The position numbers and the translations under genes are program-made. Of a stretch of 64,000 nucleotides of DNA, positions 12,794-25,026 are shown one piece after another (position 1 is the first letter of the stretch; each line of letters starts with the position of its first letter). The stretch is taken from the NCBI GenBank assembly GCA_977017645.1, contig OZ360221.1:97588001-97652000 (forward strand), in the 5' to 3' direction. Below the pieces are notes generated by a model that saw nothing but the letters and a program-made list of their open reading frames with translations, made no database searches and was not told where the DNA came from. The stretch comes from Torpedo marmorata. Its lineage: Eukaryota.

Positions 12794-13186
12794 ATTAAAC
12801 CTATAAAGTTGTCAAATAAATTTGGATCCAAAACTGTGCAGTTATTTGATCTGCTGGAAATTTATGGCCATTAGTTGATTTGATGGGTAGATAAACAAAT
12901 ACAATGATTTTGTTTGCATGTTACCAGGATAAAATCAATGATCAAACTTTGATGTTTGCCCATGGATATCATTTTATCCTGTGCATCCATAATTTTGCTC
13001 CATCAGTCACTAGAGATCTCCTTCTGATCTTCTATAGCATGCAGTGAGGAAAATTAGGTCTCCCATTTCCCCAGAACTACCTTTGTAATGAGAAATTTGG
13101 TAGGATGATATATAATCCAAAATATGGGCTCTCTGAATGACTACCGTACTTTCCAAAATTGTACAGAAGGCATTTTATATTTGTTA

Positions 13187-13360
<174 letters not shown>

Positions 13361-13753
13361 CTATTGTGCAAATAATTATAAATCACATACTGATATGCCT
13401 CATCTAGATATAATGTTAGCAGACTTTTTTTTCAACTGTAAATTCCCTGTTCTTCCAAAAACATTGCATTGAAAAACCTTACAAAAAGTACTGTTAATAA
13501 ATTCATGTTTATTTTTGAAAGACAATTCTCATCTTAAATTCTGTAACTTCTTCACCACAGAACCAGGAACTAATATTGCATGACTGGAGGCAACTAAACT
13601 TGTAAACAATCAAGGAATATAAAAGTGACAAATGCTCAAATCTGAAATGTCAGAAAAGACATTACGGTAAGTCTAGAAGGCTACAGCTGGATATTTGCAA
13701 GCTTCATCAGTCTTCTCTGGAGCACAATATATCTGAGATCTTATCCTCTAGAC

Positions 13754-14839
13754 CAGGGCTTCCCAAACTTTTTAACTCACGGAACCCTTTTGGGGAGCAC
13801 TTGGAAATCGCGGAACCCCAATCGTCATTTACAGTTTAAAAGACCTGGTATATACACAAGCATATAAATAAATAAATATAAAGCATATACAAGCATATAA
13901 AAAAGTAAATAAACTCACCAGTAGTGGATTAACTTCCACCCGGGGCCTAGGCTGAGCTTCAGTAAGGCAACCCCCTGACCTTGCCCCTCCATGGGCCCGG
14001 GCTAACCCTGCCTCCCCTCGCTTCTCGCCACAGGCCTGGCTACCTGCGTCGCCCCTCGCTGCACGCCGCGGCCCAGGTTGCCTCCACCGCACCTCGCTCC
14101 CCACTGCGCCGCTGGCCACCCGCGCCGCCGTCCCTCGCTCCCTGCTGCCGCCCTTCACTCCCCGCTGTGGCCTGGGCCGCCCTCGCTGTCCCTCGCTCCC
14201 CTCCCCTCGCTCCCTGCCGCGGCCCAGGCTGCCTTCGCCACCCTTCGCTCCCCGCCGCGGCCCAGGTCGCCTCCGCCGCCCCTCGCTCCCCGCCGTGGCC
14301 CAGGTCGCCTCCGCCACCACAGGCCTGGCTACCACCACCGTCCCTCGCTCCCCACCGCGGGCCGGGCTGCCCCTGCCGCCGCCCCGGCTCCCCGCCGCCA
14401 CCCGGGCCACCCTCACCCTCCGCCGCCACCCCTCACTCCCTGCCGTGGCCCAGGCCACCTCCGCCGCCCCTCGCTCCACGCTGCAGCCCAGGCCGCCTCC
14501 GCCACCCCGCGCTCCCCGCCGTGGCCCTGGCCTCCTCCACCGCCCCTCGCTCCCCACTTAGGGAGCGAGTGAGTGAGCGAGAAGAGGGGGAGGCAGTTTA
14601 AATTTTTTAAATGTGGCCAGCCTCGCGCCAAAAGAAATCCGAGTCTGCACTGCTGACGTCAGGCCTCAAGACGCCATTTTGTTTTGTTAGCGTCGGGGCA
14701 CAGCTTGCTGCCTTCGCAGAAATGCAGCGATTTTAACACACAGGTAAAAAGTAATTTAAATAAAAAATTTATTACGTTTTAGTTATTTCTTTCGCGGAAT
14801 CCCTGAGCCTCTCTGCAGAACCCAGTTTGGGAAACGCTG
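13754..14839. mobile_element. Non-autonomous hAT (Charlie-like) element carrying a GC-rich minisatellite
   Basis: TIRs CAGGGCTTCCCAAACT / AGTTTGGGAAACGCTG; 8-bp TSD CTCTAGAC (13746-13753 / 14840-14847), the TCTAGA target typical of Charlie elements. Confidence 0.9.
14010..14560. repeat. GC-rich minisatellite, unit about 38-39 bp (ccctcgctccccgccgYggcccaggYcgcctccgccgc)
   Basis: Recurrent CCCTCGCTCCCC and GGCCCAGG motifs. Confidence 0.85.
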
Positions 14840-15284
14840 CTCTAGACAGTTGGACGAGACTTTTCCCTACAAAGCAGTGGCACTTAGAGCCAGTTACTCA
14901 GTAGCCACAGATTCTTCCTCTAATCTACCTTCTGGTAGTTGATGTGCCTGCGTCTGACCTAGCAGCTCCTTGTGATAAGATTGGTTGATGGTGCGCATTG
15001 CCTTATTACTCAGCAACATGACAATGCAGGGATCCTGGAAAGAAGGCACAAAAGTAAGGCTGTAGTGAAGGAAGGACTCGTTGCTTGCACATTGAGCAGC
15101 TTTCAGGTCAGGGAAGATTGCACATTAAGAGAAGAGGGATTAGGGATGAAAATATTGCCATGCTCAATGGTCTCAGCTCCACCATTATTCGAGGATTCTG
15201 TGGCAGCTGCTCCAATAAAGGGCAGCAATCTGCTCTCCAGATCGGGGAGCCTTCAGGATTACATTCATTCTCCCTGATTTAGCA

Positions 15285-15645
15285 TCATGGAGCCATAGGA
15301 ATGAAGATACAGCATGGAAACAGGCCTTACAGTCACTGAGTGCAAGCCAACCATCAGCCATCTATTTGCACTAATCCTATATTAATACCATTTTTATTCT
15401 GCCCACATTCTCATCCACAGCCCCAAGAATCTATCACTCACCTTACACACTAGGGGCAATGTACAGTGGTCAATTAAGGTACTAATCTGTTTATCTTTGG
15501 GATGTGAGGAAACCAGAGCATCCAGAGGAAACCAACGTGATTACAGGGAGAATGTGCAAACTCTGTACAGATAGCGCCAGAGGTCAGGATTGAACCTGGA
15601 TGTCTAGCACTGTGAGGCAGCAGCTCTACCAGATGTGCCACTTTG
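15285..15645 (-). mobile_element. V-SINE/HE1-like SINE
   Basis: Minus-strand GGTTCAATCC B-box-like motif and V-domain GAGTTTGCACATTCTCCCTGT...TTTCCTC. Confidence 0.7.
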
Positions 15646-16059
15646 TCACTCTCTAGTGCCAGTTGTGTGTTGTTCTCTCTTGTGAGTGGGAGGGAAGGTG
15701 CTCGTGAGTGATCTAAGGTGATGTGCCTGCCCTCATTGGAAAGCTAGCAGTGTATAATCTATGAAGTGTGGGCATGAGGTGTGAATTAATGGTGATGAGG
15801 TGACCGGGGAGAGGGGAATTTGAATATATTATTGATGATTGATAAAGATTGTTGATGTTTAAAGATGGGATGAACTGCATGCCATGGGATTAAACATTGC
15901 ATGTGAAGTGGCAGTATGCCCATGTGCTGGGGCCTTGTTTCCTGGTATTCATCTTATTTGCAGCCTCCTTGCATTACACTGGACTATTGAGGACTTTATA
16001 CTCCCTTTGGAAAGAGAAGTTCTTCTCTCTGTCTCATTGACTTCAATATATTAGAGTGG

Positions 16060-16275
16060 AGACGCACAGCAGACTGCAGATGCTGGAATCTGACATAAAA
16101 TACAGTGCACAGGAGGGTCGATCAGCATCTGTGGGAGAAAAAGAATGGCCATCATTTTGGTTCAGAACCCTTCAAGTCTTGATGAAGGGTTCCTACCTGA
16201 AACTTTGACAATTCATTTTTCCCTCACTGATGTTGCTCCACTCATTGGGTTCCTCCAGCAGATGTTTTTTTTTTC
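16060..16275. mobile_element. Old Penelope-like inverted terminal-repeat remnant with degenerate hammerhead
   Basis: CTGCAGATGCTGG...AACCCTTCAAG followed by CTTGATGAAGGGTTCCTACCTGAAAC...TTCCTCCAGCA, head-to-head. Confidence 0.55.
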
Positions 16276-16404
16276 CTCTAGAATGTTAGAGTGCTCCATC
16301 TTGTCCATGATCAGTCATATTCTGTCAGAATGGTGATGTAGTGGGTGGTTATGCGGTGAAGGAAGTAGAATGGTGTTGAGAGGAAACATTACATCAGCCA
16401 TGAT

Positions 16405-16636
16405 TCTAAATTTAGAAATTTAGACATACAGCACGGTTACATGCCCTGTCGGCCCACGAGCCCATGCCGCCCAATTAACCAACAACCCCCGGTATATTCC
16501 CCGGCACGCAGGGAAACCCCACGCAGACACGGGAAGAACATACAAACTCCTTACAGACAGCGTGGGATTTAAACCCCGGTCCCGATCGCTGGTGCTGTAA
16601 CATGGTTGCACTAACCGCACGCTAACCATGCCACCC
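16405..16636 (-). mobile_element. V-SINE/HE1-like SINE
   Basis: Minus GGCATGGTTAGCG...GTAAGGAGTTTGTATGTTCTTCCCGTGTCTGCGTGGGGTTTCC...TATGTCTAAATTT. Confidence 0.8.
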
Positions 16637-17745
16637 TATTTCATATAATGGAACAGACTTGATGAGCCAAATGGCCTAATTCTGCTCCTATATCTTATAT
16701 GTCAATTTTCAAAAATGTATCAGGAATCAGTAGTTTAATGGAAAGAAATTAATAATAAATTATAAATGAGGGAAGAAAAGTATCAATGCTCATAGCTCAA
16801 TATGTGGTCCCATCCAAGTTAACACATTGGAAAACTCCTGAAAAGTAAGGTGTTTTTCAACATGTTTACTTGGATGGGATATTGGTGGAAATGCCCTCAC
16901 TTAGTAGCAGAACAGGTTCAAGAGGAAAACTCCTGTTCCTAAGGAAATGTCACTAGGTAGTAAGGGACAGATTATCACCATCCAAGAGCTAAATTTTAGT
17001 GAAAGCCAGAATTTTAATGCAATCATCTCAAACAAGAAATTAATAGCAATACCTTCTTCATATATGAATGGAATATAGTGGTGGTGACTGTTGATGCTCT
17101 GCCCAAGTGCGAGAGATTAGTCTACAGAGCCAGGTCAGAGTTTAGGAGAGACAAATCCACGACATATAGCACTGAAATAGACCCTTCAGCTCTCTTCACT
17201 ACGCACTCACTTTACACTAATCCTACACTAATTCCATTTTTATTCTCCCCACATTCCTGTTAATTCCCTTCAGATCCTACCACTCACCTACATACCAATG
17301 ATATTTTACAGTGTCCAATCAACATTACAACCTGATGTCTCAGGAACGTGGGAGGAAATCAGAGCACCCAGTGGAAACCCATGCTGACATAGTGTAAATT
17401 CCACATGGAAAATGCCAGAGGTCAGGATTGAACCCAGGTCACTGGAGCTGTGAGGCTGCACCTCTGTGTGGGCCCATGTTCTCTATTTAAACAGAGGGGA
17501 ACAGGAGATAAACTGAGGAAGTCAAACTTGAAATCCGAATGACAGTGCTGATGTGAAGTTTAGCCTGCAGCATTGATGAGTTGTTGTCCAAGATCAGAGT
17601 CATGAAAAGGCAAGCCAAAGTGACTCACTTAGCCAATATTTACCACAGTGATCCATTAACCTATCTTGCAGAAATCAATGTGCATCTCACACAACAAAAA
17701 TATTCAGTGCTTTGTTGAAATCTTGTCAGAAGGAAAAGACTAGCT

Positions 17746-20700
17746 CAGGGGTGGGCAACTTTTAAAAAAAACTCACATTCCACCTAAGTATTCCGTATGC
17801 TTTTTTGGGGGAGAAGTGACCTGTACAGTCAGGACGGGTTGCACTTGAATCCCAGGGGGACCAGAATTCTGGCAGGGGTATTTGCTAGGGCTACTCAGGA
17901 GCCTTTAAACTAGAAAGGATGGGGGGAGGGAGCAAAATAGTACAGAGCAGTCAGGAGAAGGATAGAACAGAGAAAGTTTGTAGTCAGAGTTTGAATATGG
18001 ATGGGCAGGTGATAGAGAAGGTTACTAATGATGAGGGCAAACAAATATTAAGAAGTGTTAAATCTCTGAAATTCATATATTTTAATGCCAGGAGTATTGT
18101 AAAAAAGGTGGATGAGCTGAAGGTGTGGATTGATACTTGGAAGTATGATGTGGTAGCCATTAGTGAGACATGGTTGCAGGAGGGATGTGATTGGCAGTTG
18201 AATATCCCTGGGTTTCGTTGCTTTAGGTGTGATAGAGCCGGAGGAGCAAGAGGAGGTGGTGTTGCATTGCTTGTCAGGGAGAATATTACAGCGGTGCTTA
18301 GGCAGGATAGATTAGAGGGCTTGTCCACGGAGGCTGTTTGGGTAGAACTGAGGAGTGGGAAAGGAGAAGTTACACTTGTAGGGGTGTATTATAGACCACC
18401 CGGAGGGGACCGAGACCTGGAGGAACATATCTGTAGGGAGATAGTGGATAATTGTGATTGTGGGAGATTTTAATTTTCCACATATAGATTGGGAGACCCA
18501 TTCTGTGAAAGGGCTGGATGGGTTGGAATTTGTGAAATGTGTGCAGGAGAGTTTTTTACAACAATATGTAGAGGTACCGACCAGAGAAGGAGCCGTGTTA
18601 GATCTACTGTTAGCAAATGAGATAGGTCAAGTGACGGAGGTTTGTGTTGGCTAGCACTTCGGGTCCAGTGATCATAATGCTATCAGCTTCAATGTCATTA
18701 TGGAAAGAGATAAGTCAGGGCCAAGGGTTGAGGTTTTTGATTGGGGAAAAGCTAGATTTGAGGGGATGCGAAAGGACTTAGAGGGTGTGCATTGGGACAA
18801 TTTGTTTTATGGGCAGGATGTTGTAGAGAGATGGAAGTCTTTTAAAGATCAGATTTTGAGAGTGCAAAAGATTTATGTTCCTGTTAGGTTAAAAGGAGGG
18901 GCAAAAGGTTTGAGGGAGCCGTGGTTCTCGAGGAATATTGGAAACTTGGTTCGGAAAAAAAGGGAGGCGTATATTAAGTATAAGAAGCATGGAAATAAGG
19001 AGATGTTTGTAAAATACATTGAATGTAAAAAGAATCTTAAGAGAGGAATTAGGATAGCAAAAAGAAGGTATGAAGAGACTATAGCAAGCAGGGTGAAGGT
19101 TAATCCAAAAGGTTTTTACAAATACGTTAATGGTAAGAGGAAAGCAAGGGACAAAATTGGTCCCTTAGAGAATCAGAACGGAAAACTGTGTGTGGAGCCT
19201 AGAGAAATGGGGGAGATATTGAACAGTTTTTTTTCTTCGGTATTCATCAAGGAGAAGGATATTGATATATGCCAGATAAACAAAGCTAATGGGGTAAATA
19301 TGGAGAATATAGGGATTACGAAAGATGTAGTGTTAGGGCTTTTGAGGAATATAAAGGTGGATAAGTCTCCAGGACCCGACGGGATCTTCCCCAGGACCTT
19401 GAGAGAAGTAAGAGAAGAAATAGCAGAGGCTCTGACGGCGATTTTCCAAATGTCATTAGAGACGGGGATAGTGCCGGAGGATTGGCGTATTGCGCATGTG
19501 GTTCCGTTATTTAAAAAGGGTTCAAGGAGGAAGCCTGGCAATTATCGGCCTGTAAGTTTGACGTCTGTGGTAGGTAAATTAATGGAGAAAGTTCTCAGAG
19601 ATAGGACTTATAAATATCTGGATAGGCAGGGTCTGATCGGGAACTCTCAACACGGATTTGTGAGCGGAAGGTCCTGTTTGACCAATCTGATTGAATTTTT
19701 TGAAGAGGTGACTAGGACTGTGGATGAGGGTAGTGCAGTGGATGTTGTCTATATGGACTTCAGTAAGGCCTTTGATAAGGTTCCGCATGGAAGGTTAGTG
19801 AGGAAGGTGCAGTCTTTAGGTATAGATTCTGAGATAGTCAAATGGATTGAACATTGGCTGGAGGGGAGAGGCCAGAGAGTGGTAGTGGATAATTGTTTGT
19901 CAGGTTGGAAGCCCGTGACAAGCGGTGTGCCTCAGGGATCTGTATTGGGCCCATTGTTGTTTGTTATATATCTCAATGATCTAGATGATGGGGTGGTAAA
20001 CTGGATTAGTAAATATGCAGATGATACCAAGATAGGTGGAATAGTGGATAATGAAGAAGGTTTTCAAGGATTGCAGAAGGATTTGGGCTGCTTAGAAAAG
20101 TGGGCTGAAAAATGGCAGATGGAGTTTAATGCTGATAAGTGTGAGGTGCTTCATTTTGGAAAGAAGAATCAGAACAGGACATATGTAGTAAATGGGAGAG
20201 CATTGATGAATACAGAAGAGCAGAAAGATTTAGGAATAACGGTGCATCGTTCCCTGAAGGTGGAAACTCATGTGAATAGGGTGGTGAAGAAGGCTTTTAG
20301 TATGCTGGCCTTCATCAATCAATGCATAGAATATAGGAGTTGGGAAGTGATGTTGAGATTATATAAGGCTTTGGTGCGGCCTAATTTAGAGTTCTGTGTG
20401 CAGTTCTGGTCGCCAAATTATAGGAAGGATATCAACAAATTGGAGAGAGTGCAGAGAAGGTTTACCAGAATGTTACCTGGGTTTAAGAATTTAGAGTACA
20501 AGGAGAGATTGAGCAGATTAGGTCTTTATTCTTTGGAGCGTAGAAGGTTGAGAGGGGATTTGATAGAGGTATTTAAAATTATGAAAGGGATAGACAGAGT
20601 GGATGTGGATAGACTATTTCCATTAAGAATAGGAGAGATTGAAACAAGAGGACATGAGCTAAGAGTTAAGGGGCAGAGGTTTAGAGGTAACATGAGGGGG

Positions 20701-21115
20701 AACTTCTTTACTCAGAGAGTGGTAGCTGTGTGGAATGAGCTTCCGGGAGAAGTAGTGGCAGCAGAGTCAATTTTAGTATTTAAGAAAAAGTTGGACAAGT
20801 ATATGGATGTGAGGGAAGTGGAGGGTTATGGGCAAGGTGCAGGTAGGTGGGACTAGATAGGAATGTTTTGGTTCGGTGCGGACTGGAAGGGCCTAATGGC
20901 CTGTTTCCGTGCTGTAATTGTTATATGGTTATATGGTTATAAGTGCTCTGTAATTGGTAAGGGATTGCTTAAGGTGGTATGTGAGTGGTTTTCAAACCTT
21001 TTTCTTCCCACTCACATACCACCTTAAGCAATCCCTTACTAATCACAGAGCACTTATGGCATAGGGAATACTTAAGGTGGAATGTGAGTTTTTAAATAAA
21101 GGTTGCCCACCCCTG
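17746..21115. mobile_element. hAT MITE (relative of 6705-7064) split by a CR1 insertion
   Basis: TIRs CAGGGGTGGGCAAC / GTTGCCCACCCCTG; 8-bp TSD GACTAGCT (17738-17745 / 21116-21123). Confidence 0.9.
17801..20940 (+). mobile_element. Young CR1 LINE, 5'-truncated within ORF1; ORF2 endonuclease disrupted, RT part open (18700-20856)
   Basis: YFNARSI, ISETWL, GDFN, GSSDH, DKSPGPDG, NYRPVSLTS, GVPQGSVLGP, YADD; (ATATGGTT)n tail; 16-bp deletion at ~18452 and TAG at 18652-18654. Confidence 0.97.
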
Positions 21116-23240
21116 GACTAGCTTTTTGAAAAAAGTCCTTCATAGAATTAAAAACAGTCATGTAGCATTTATACGCTTAAGCAACATTTCCTTAAATGTA
21201 ACATGTTACACACGAAAGGATGAAGAAATAAGCAAAAGGAATTTGGATGGAAGACAGGTTTAAGAGAGACAAACAGATTTTTTTGGCAGAGAGAACATAA
21301 GAGCAATGCAAAACAGTTTTGCAACAGCATTCTAGATTTTTGTGATTGAATGAGTGGCATTAACCGTAGGTCATGGGAGGAAGGAAAGAGAAAGTGGTAA
21401 TAATAAGAAAATGAATTGAATTCAGACAAGAAAGTGGTGGGGGGGGCAAGATTGTCCATCTGAGTAAATCCCATTTGCCTGTGCTTAGCCTTAGCCCATA
21501 TCTCTCTAAACCTTTCCTATCTAAGTACCTATCCAAATGTCCTTTAAATGTTAGTTGTTTTTTTTTGTTTTTTTAAAAAATATTTTATTTAAAATTTTAA
21601 ATCACAAAATACATAAGGTAAAATATGAAATTATCAAAATACTTGTGATACATTTTCACCCCGCCTCCCTCCCCTCCCTAACCCTCCCATCCCTACTAAT
21701 CTACTAAAATAAAAATAAAAAAGAAAGAAAAAAATAGAATAAGGAGAATGTCAATCTAAAAAACACATCTATAAACTGATTTTATTGTGGAGGATAGGTT
21801 CGCCAGTCAGATCCGATGTCCAGAGATCTTCAAATCCTTAAACCAACAGCCTTCATATATGGGCTCCATATTTTCAAAAAGAAATGATATTTATTACATA
21901 AATTTTAAGTAATTTTTTCAAGTGGTATACATGAACGAAGTTCTGCATGCCATCTCTCTAACCCTAAATCTCCATCAGATTTCCATGTAATAGCAATACA
22001 TTTCTTAGAAACAGCTAAAGCAATTTGCAAAAATTCTATTTGATACATATTTAATTTCATCTTAATACTAATTCTTTTAATATCTCCAAACAAAAATATC
22101 ATAGGGTCCATTGGAAGTATAATACTCAATACTTTATCTAAATTTTTTTTAACTTTCAACCAAAAATCATAAATCTTTGGACAAAACCATGTAGAATGTA
22201 CAAAAGAACCTTCCTCTTTGTTACATCTAAAACTTAAACCTGATAATGACGAATTAAATTTCTTTAATTTTTTAGGCGTTAAATATAATTGATGAAAAAA
22301 ATTATATTGAACTAATCTATATCTAACATTAATAATCTTCGTCATACTTAGTTTACATAATTCTTTCCAATGTTCTTCATCTATTGTTACATTCAAATCT
22401 GATTCCCATTTTAATCTTGATTTATGAATTCCTACTTTAGGGATTTTTCTCTGAAACAGTCTATACATTTGAGAAATAAATTTATTTACACCTCCGTTAG
22501 TAACTAATAGTTCTAGTTCACTCTGTCTTGGTAAAGTCAAACTATAGTCTAACTTCCCAACTAAAAATACTCTAATTTGATAATAAATTTGAAAAGTAAT
22601 ACATTTACCAGCTTCAAAACAATCATTTATTTTCTTAATTCCCTTTTGGAACCAAATTTTAAATAATTGATTATCAACAGTAAATGGAATAAGTTTGTTT
22701 TGATATAAAGGCATTTTTGGAGAAATCAACCCTTTCCCTCCTATCTCCCTATCCACTCTATTCCATATTTATAACAAATGTTTAAAAATAGGAGAATTCT
22801 TCCCTTTCATTAATAATAATTTAGAATTCCATTTATAAATAACTTCTTTCAAATCTTCTCCTATATTATTTAATTCTATTCTAATCCAAGCAGAAGACTT
22901 AGATAAATCAAACATTTCATTAACAAATTTTAATTGAGCTGCTTTATAATAATTTTGAAAATTAGGAAGTTGCAAACCACCCATTTCATATTTCCAAGTT
23001 AACTTCTCCATACCTACTCTAGCCAGCTTTCCTTTCCACAAAAATTTCCTAGTAATTAAATTTAAATCTTTAAAAAATTTCGAAGGGATTTCATAAGGAA
23101 TTGATTGAAAAATATATTGAATTCTTGGAAAGACATTCATTTTAATATAGCTTACCCTTCCTATTAAAGTTATAGGTAAGTCCTTCCAGCTTTCTAAATC
23201 TTTTTTAATTTTCATAAATAATGGTAAATAATTTAATTTA

Positions 23241-25026
23241 CCGTATATTTCGGCATATAAGTCGACTCGCGGATAAGTCTACCCCCCTTTTTCAGCCTAA
23301 TTTTAATGGTTTTATTGTATATCTGGCGTATAAGTCGACCCCCAAAAATCGCGATGATTGCGCTACTGGGCGTTGACCGGCGTATAGGTCGACCCACAAC
23401 GATCGCGCTGATTGAGCTGCTGGGCGTTGGCTGGAGGTGATTGTTATCATGTAGGCTCAATTGAAACGATGAAAGTATGAGGCGAGTTTTAAATTACAAG
23501 TGATAGAAATGGCCAAGAAAACCAACAACTGTGCTGCTGCAAGAAAATTTGATATATTGAAGTTGGTAAGAGACTGGAGGAAGAAAGAAGAGACTTTAAG
23601 AAAAATACCAAAAAGGCAATGTTCGATGAGAAGAGTTGGAAAATCATGTTGCAGCATGGGTACGTGAACAGAGGCAAGATTGCTACATTGTCACCCGAAA
23701 TAAAATAAGAACATTTGAACTGAAGTGGGCAAAGTCGCACCCAGAACTCAGTAATGATTTTGAAGCTACAGTAGGCTGGTGCAACCGTTTCATGAACAGG
23801 AAAAATCTGGTAGTACGACAAAAAACAATAATTGCTCAGAAACTACCAAAAGATCTTGATCATAAAGTTGTAAGTTTTCACCAGTTTATTTTACGTAACC
23901 GGCAGAAACACAAGTTTGCATTGGCAAATATTGGAAACATGGACGAAACCCCCATGAATTTTGACATGATAGGCAATAGAACAGTGGAATGGAAAGGTGT
24001 GAAAACTGTGCAAACCAGTACAGGCCATGAAAGGACCAGGTTTACTGTGGTGTTATCGTGCATGGCCGACGGGACAAAGTTAAGACCCATGGTAATCTTC
24101 AAACGTAAATTTAAACCTAAAATAAAATTCCCTGTGGGTATTTTTGTACATTTTCATGAAAAAGGATGGATGGATGAAAATGGTGTAAGACTATGGATAG
24201 ACAATGTGTGGAACAGGCGGCCAGGCGGTTTACGCAAGGAAGGGAGTTTTCTGGTCTGGGATATGTTTCGTAGCCACTTAACTGAGAAGACTAAAAGATG
24301 ATTAGCACAACATAATACTTACATGGCGGTTATCCCGGGTAGTTTGACGTCTATATTGCAACCTCTCGATGTCTGCTTGAACAAGCCATTCAAAGACCAT
24401 GTGCGTGAAGAGTGGAATACATGGATGTCGAGTGCAGAAAAATCATTTACAAAAGGCGGGGCAATGCGTGCTGCATCGCTTGATGTGCTGTGTAACTTCG
24501 TGCTCAAGGCATGGGACAAAGTGAAAGTAGACTATAATAAAATCATTTAAAAAGTGCGGTATCTCTTGTGCAATTGATGGTACGGAAGATGATTTATTGT
24601 GGGACACTGACGACGAAGGTGAAGCCGCCTCATCAGATACAGACTGGGACTCGTACGATGACTGTTTAAACAGTGAGACCCCAGATGTGCTTACTGAGAT
24701 ATTTGCCTCAGACGATGATAGCAAAAGTAATTTTGAAGGGTTCTAAATGTCTTGTTGTTTTCAATAAAAATGTCAATGAAAATTTGTTGCAGTCGGGTTT
24801 TTTTTTTGTTTTTCAAGGGTCGACTTATACGGCGAATCGTGTTTTCAAGGGTCGACTTATACGCCGAATCGTGTTTTCAAGGGTCGACTTATATGCCGAA
24901 TTGGTGTGGAGTGGTTTTTGAGCTGATTTTAAGGTCTCAAAAGTATATCCGGCGTATAAGTCGACCCCCGTTTTTTGAGAGATTTTTCAGAGTTTCAAGT
25001 CTCGACTTATATGCCGAAATATATGG
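23241..25026 (+). mobile_element. Full-length pogo-superfamily DNA transposon (POGK-like)
   Basis: TIRs CCGTATATTTCGGCATATAAGTCGA / TCGACTTATATGCCGAAATATATGG, TA TSD, sub-terminal GTCGAC-containing repeats. Confidence 0.95.
23449..24746 (+). pseudogene. Disrupted pogo transposase (BrkDBD-like N-terminus, CENP-B-type HTH, DDE_1)
   Basis: KYEASFKLQVIE..AAARKF; GWCNRFM; NMDETP, WDMF, LQPLDV; acidic tail ending FEGF*; several stops and frameshifts. Confidence 0.9.

Noticed and set aside
13829-14631. Several overlapping 70-240 aa Arg/Gly/Pro/Ala-rich ORFs
   Set aside because: Open in most frames because the GC-rich minisatellite lacks stop codons; lies inside a hAT element.
15020-15095. Harbinger transposase-like motifs on the minus strand (LNVQA ... 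FPGSLH)
   Set aside because: Out of frame with each other, the intervening sequence is dissimilar and no TIRs or TSD were found; would need an HMM search.
19173-19788. Antisense ORFs over CR1 ORF2 (also 57503-58115)
   Set aside because: Shadow frames of the RT coding strand, repeated only because the two copies are near-identical.
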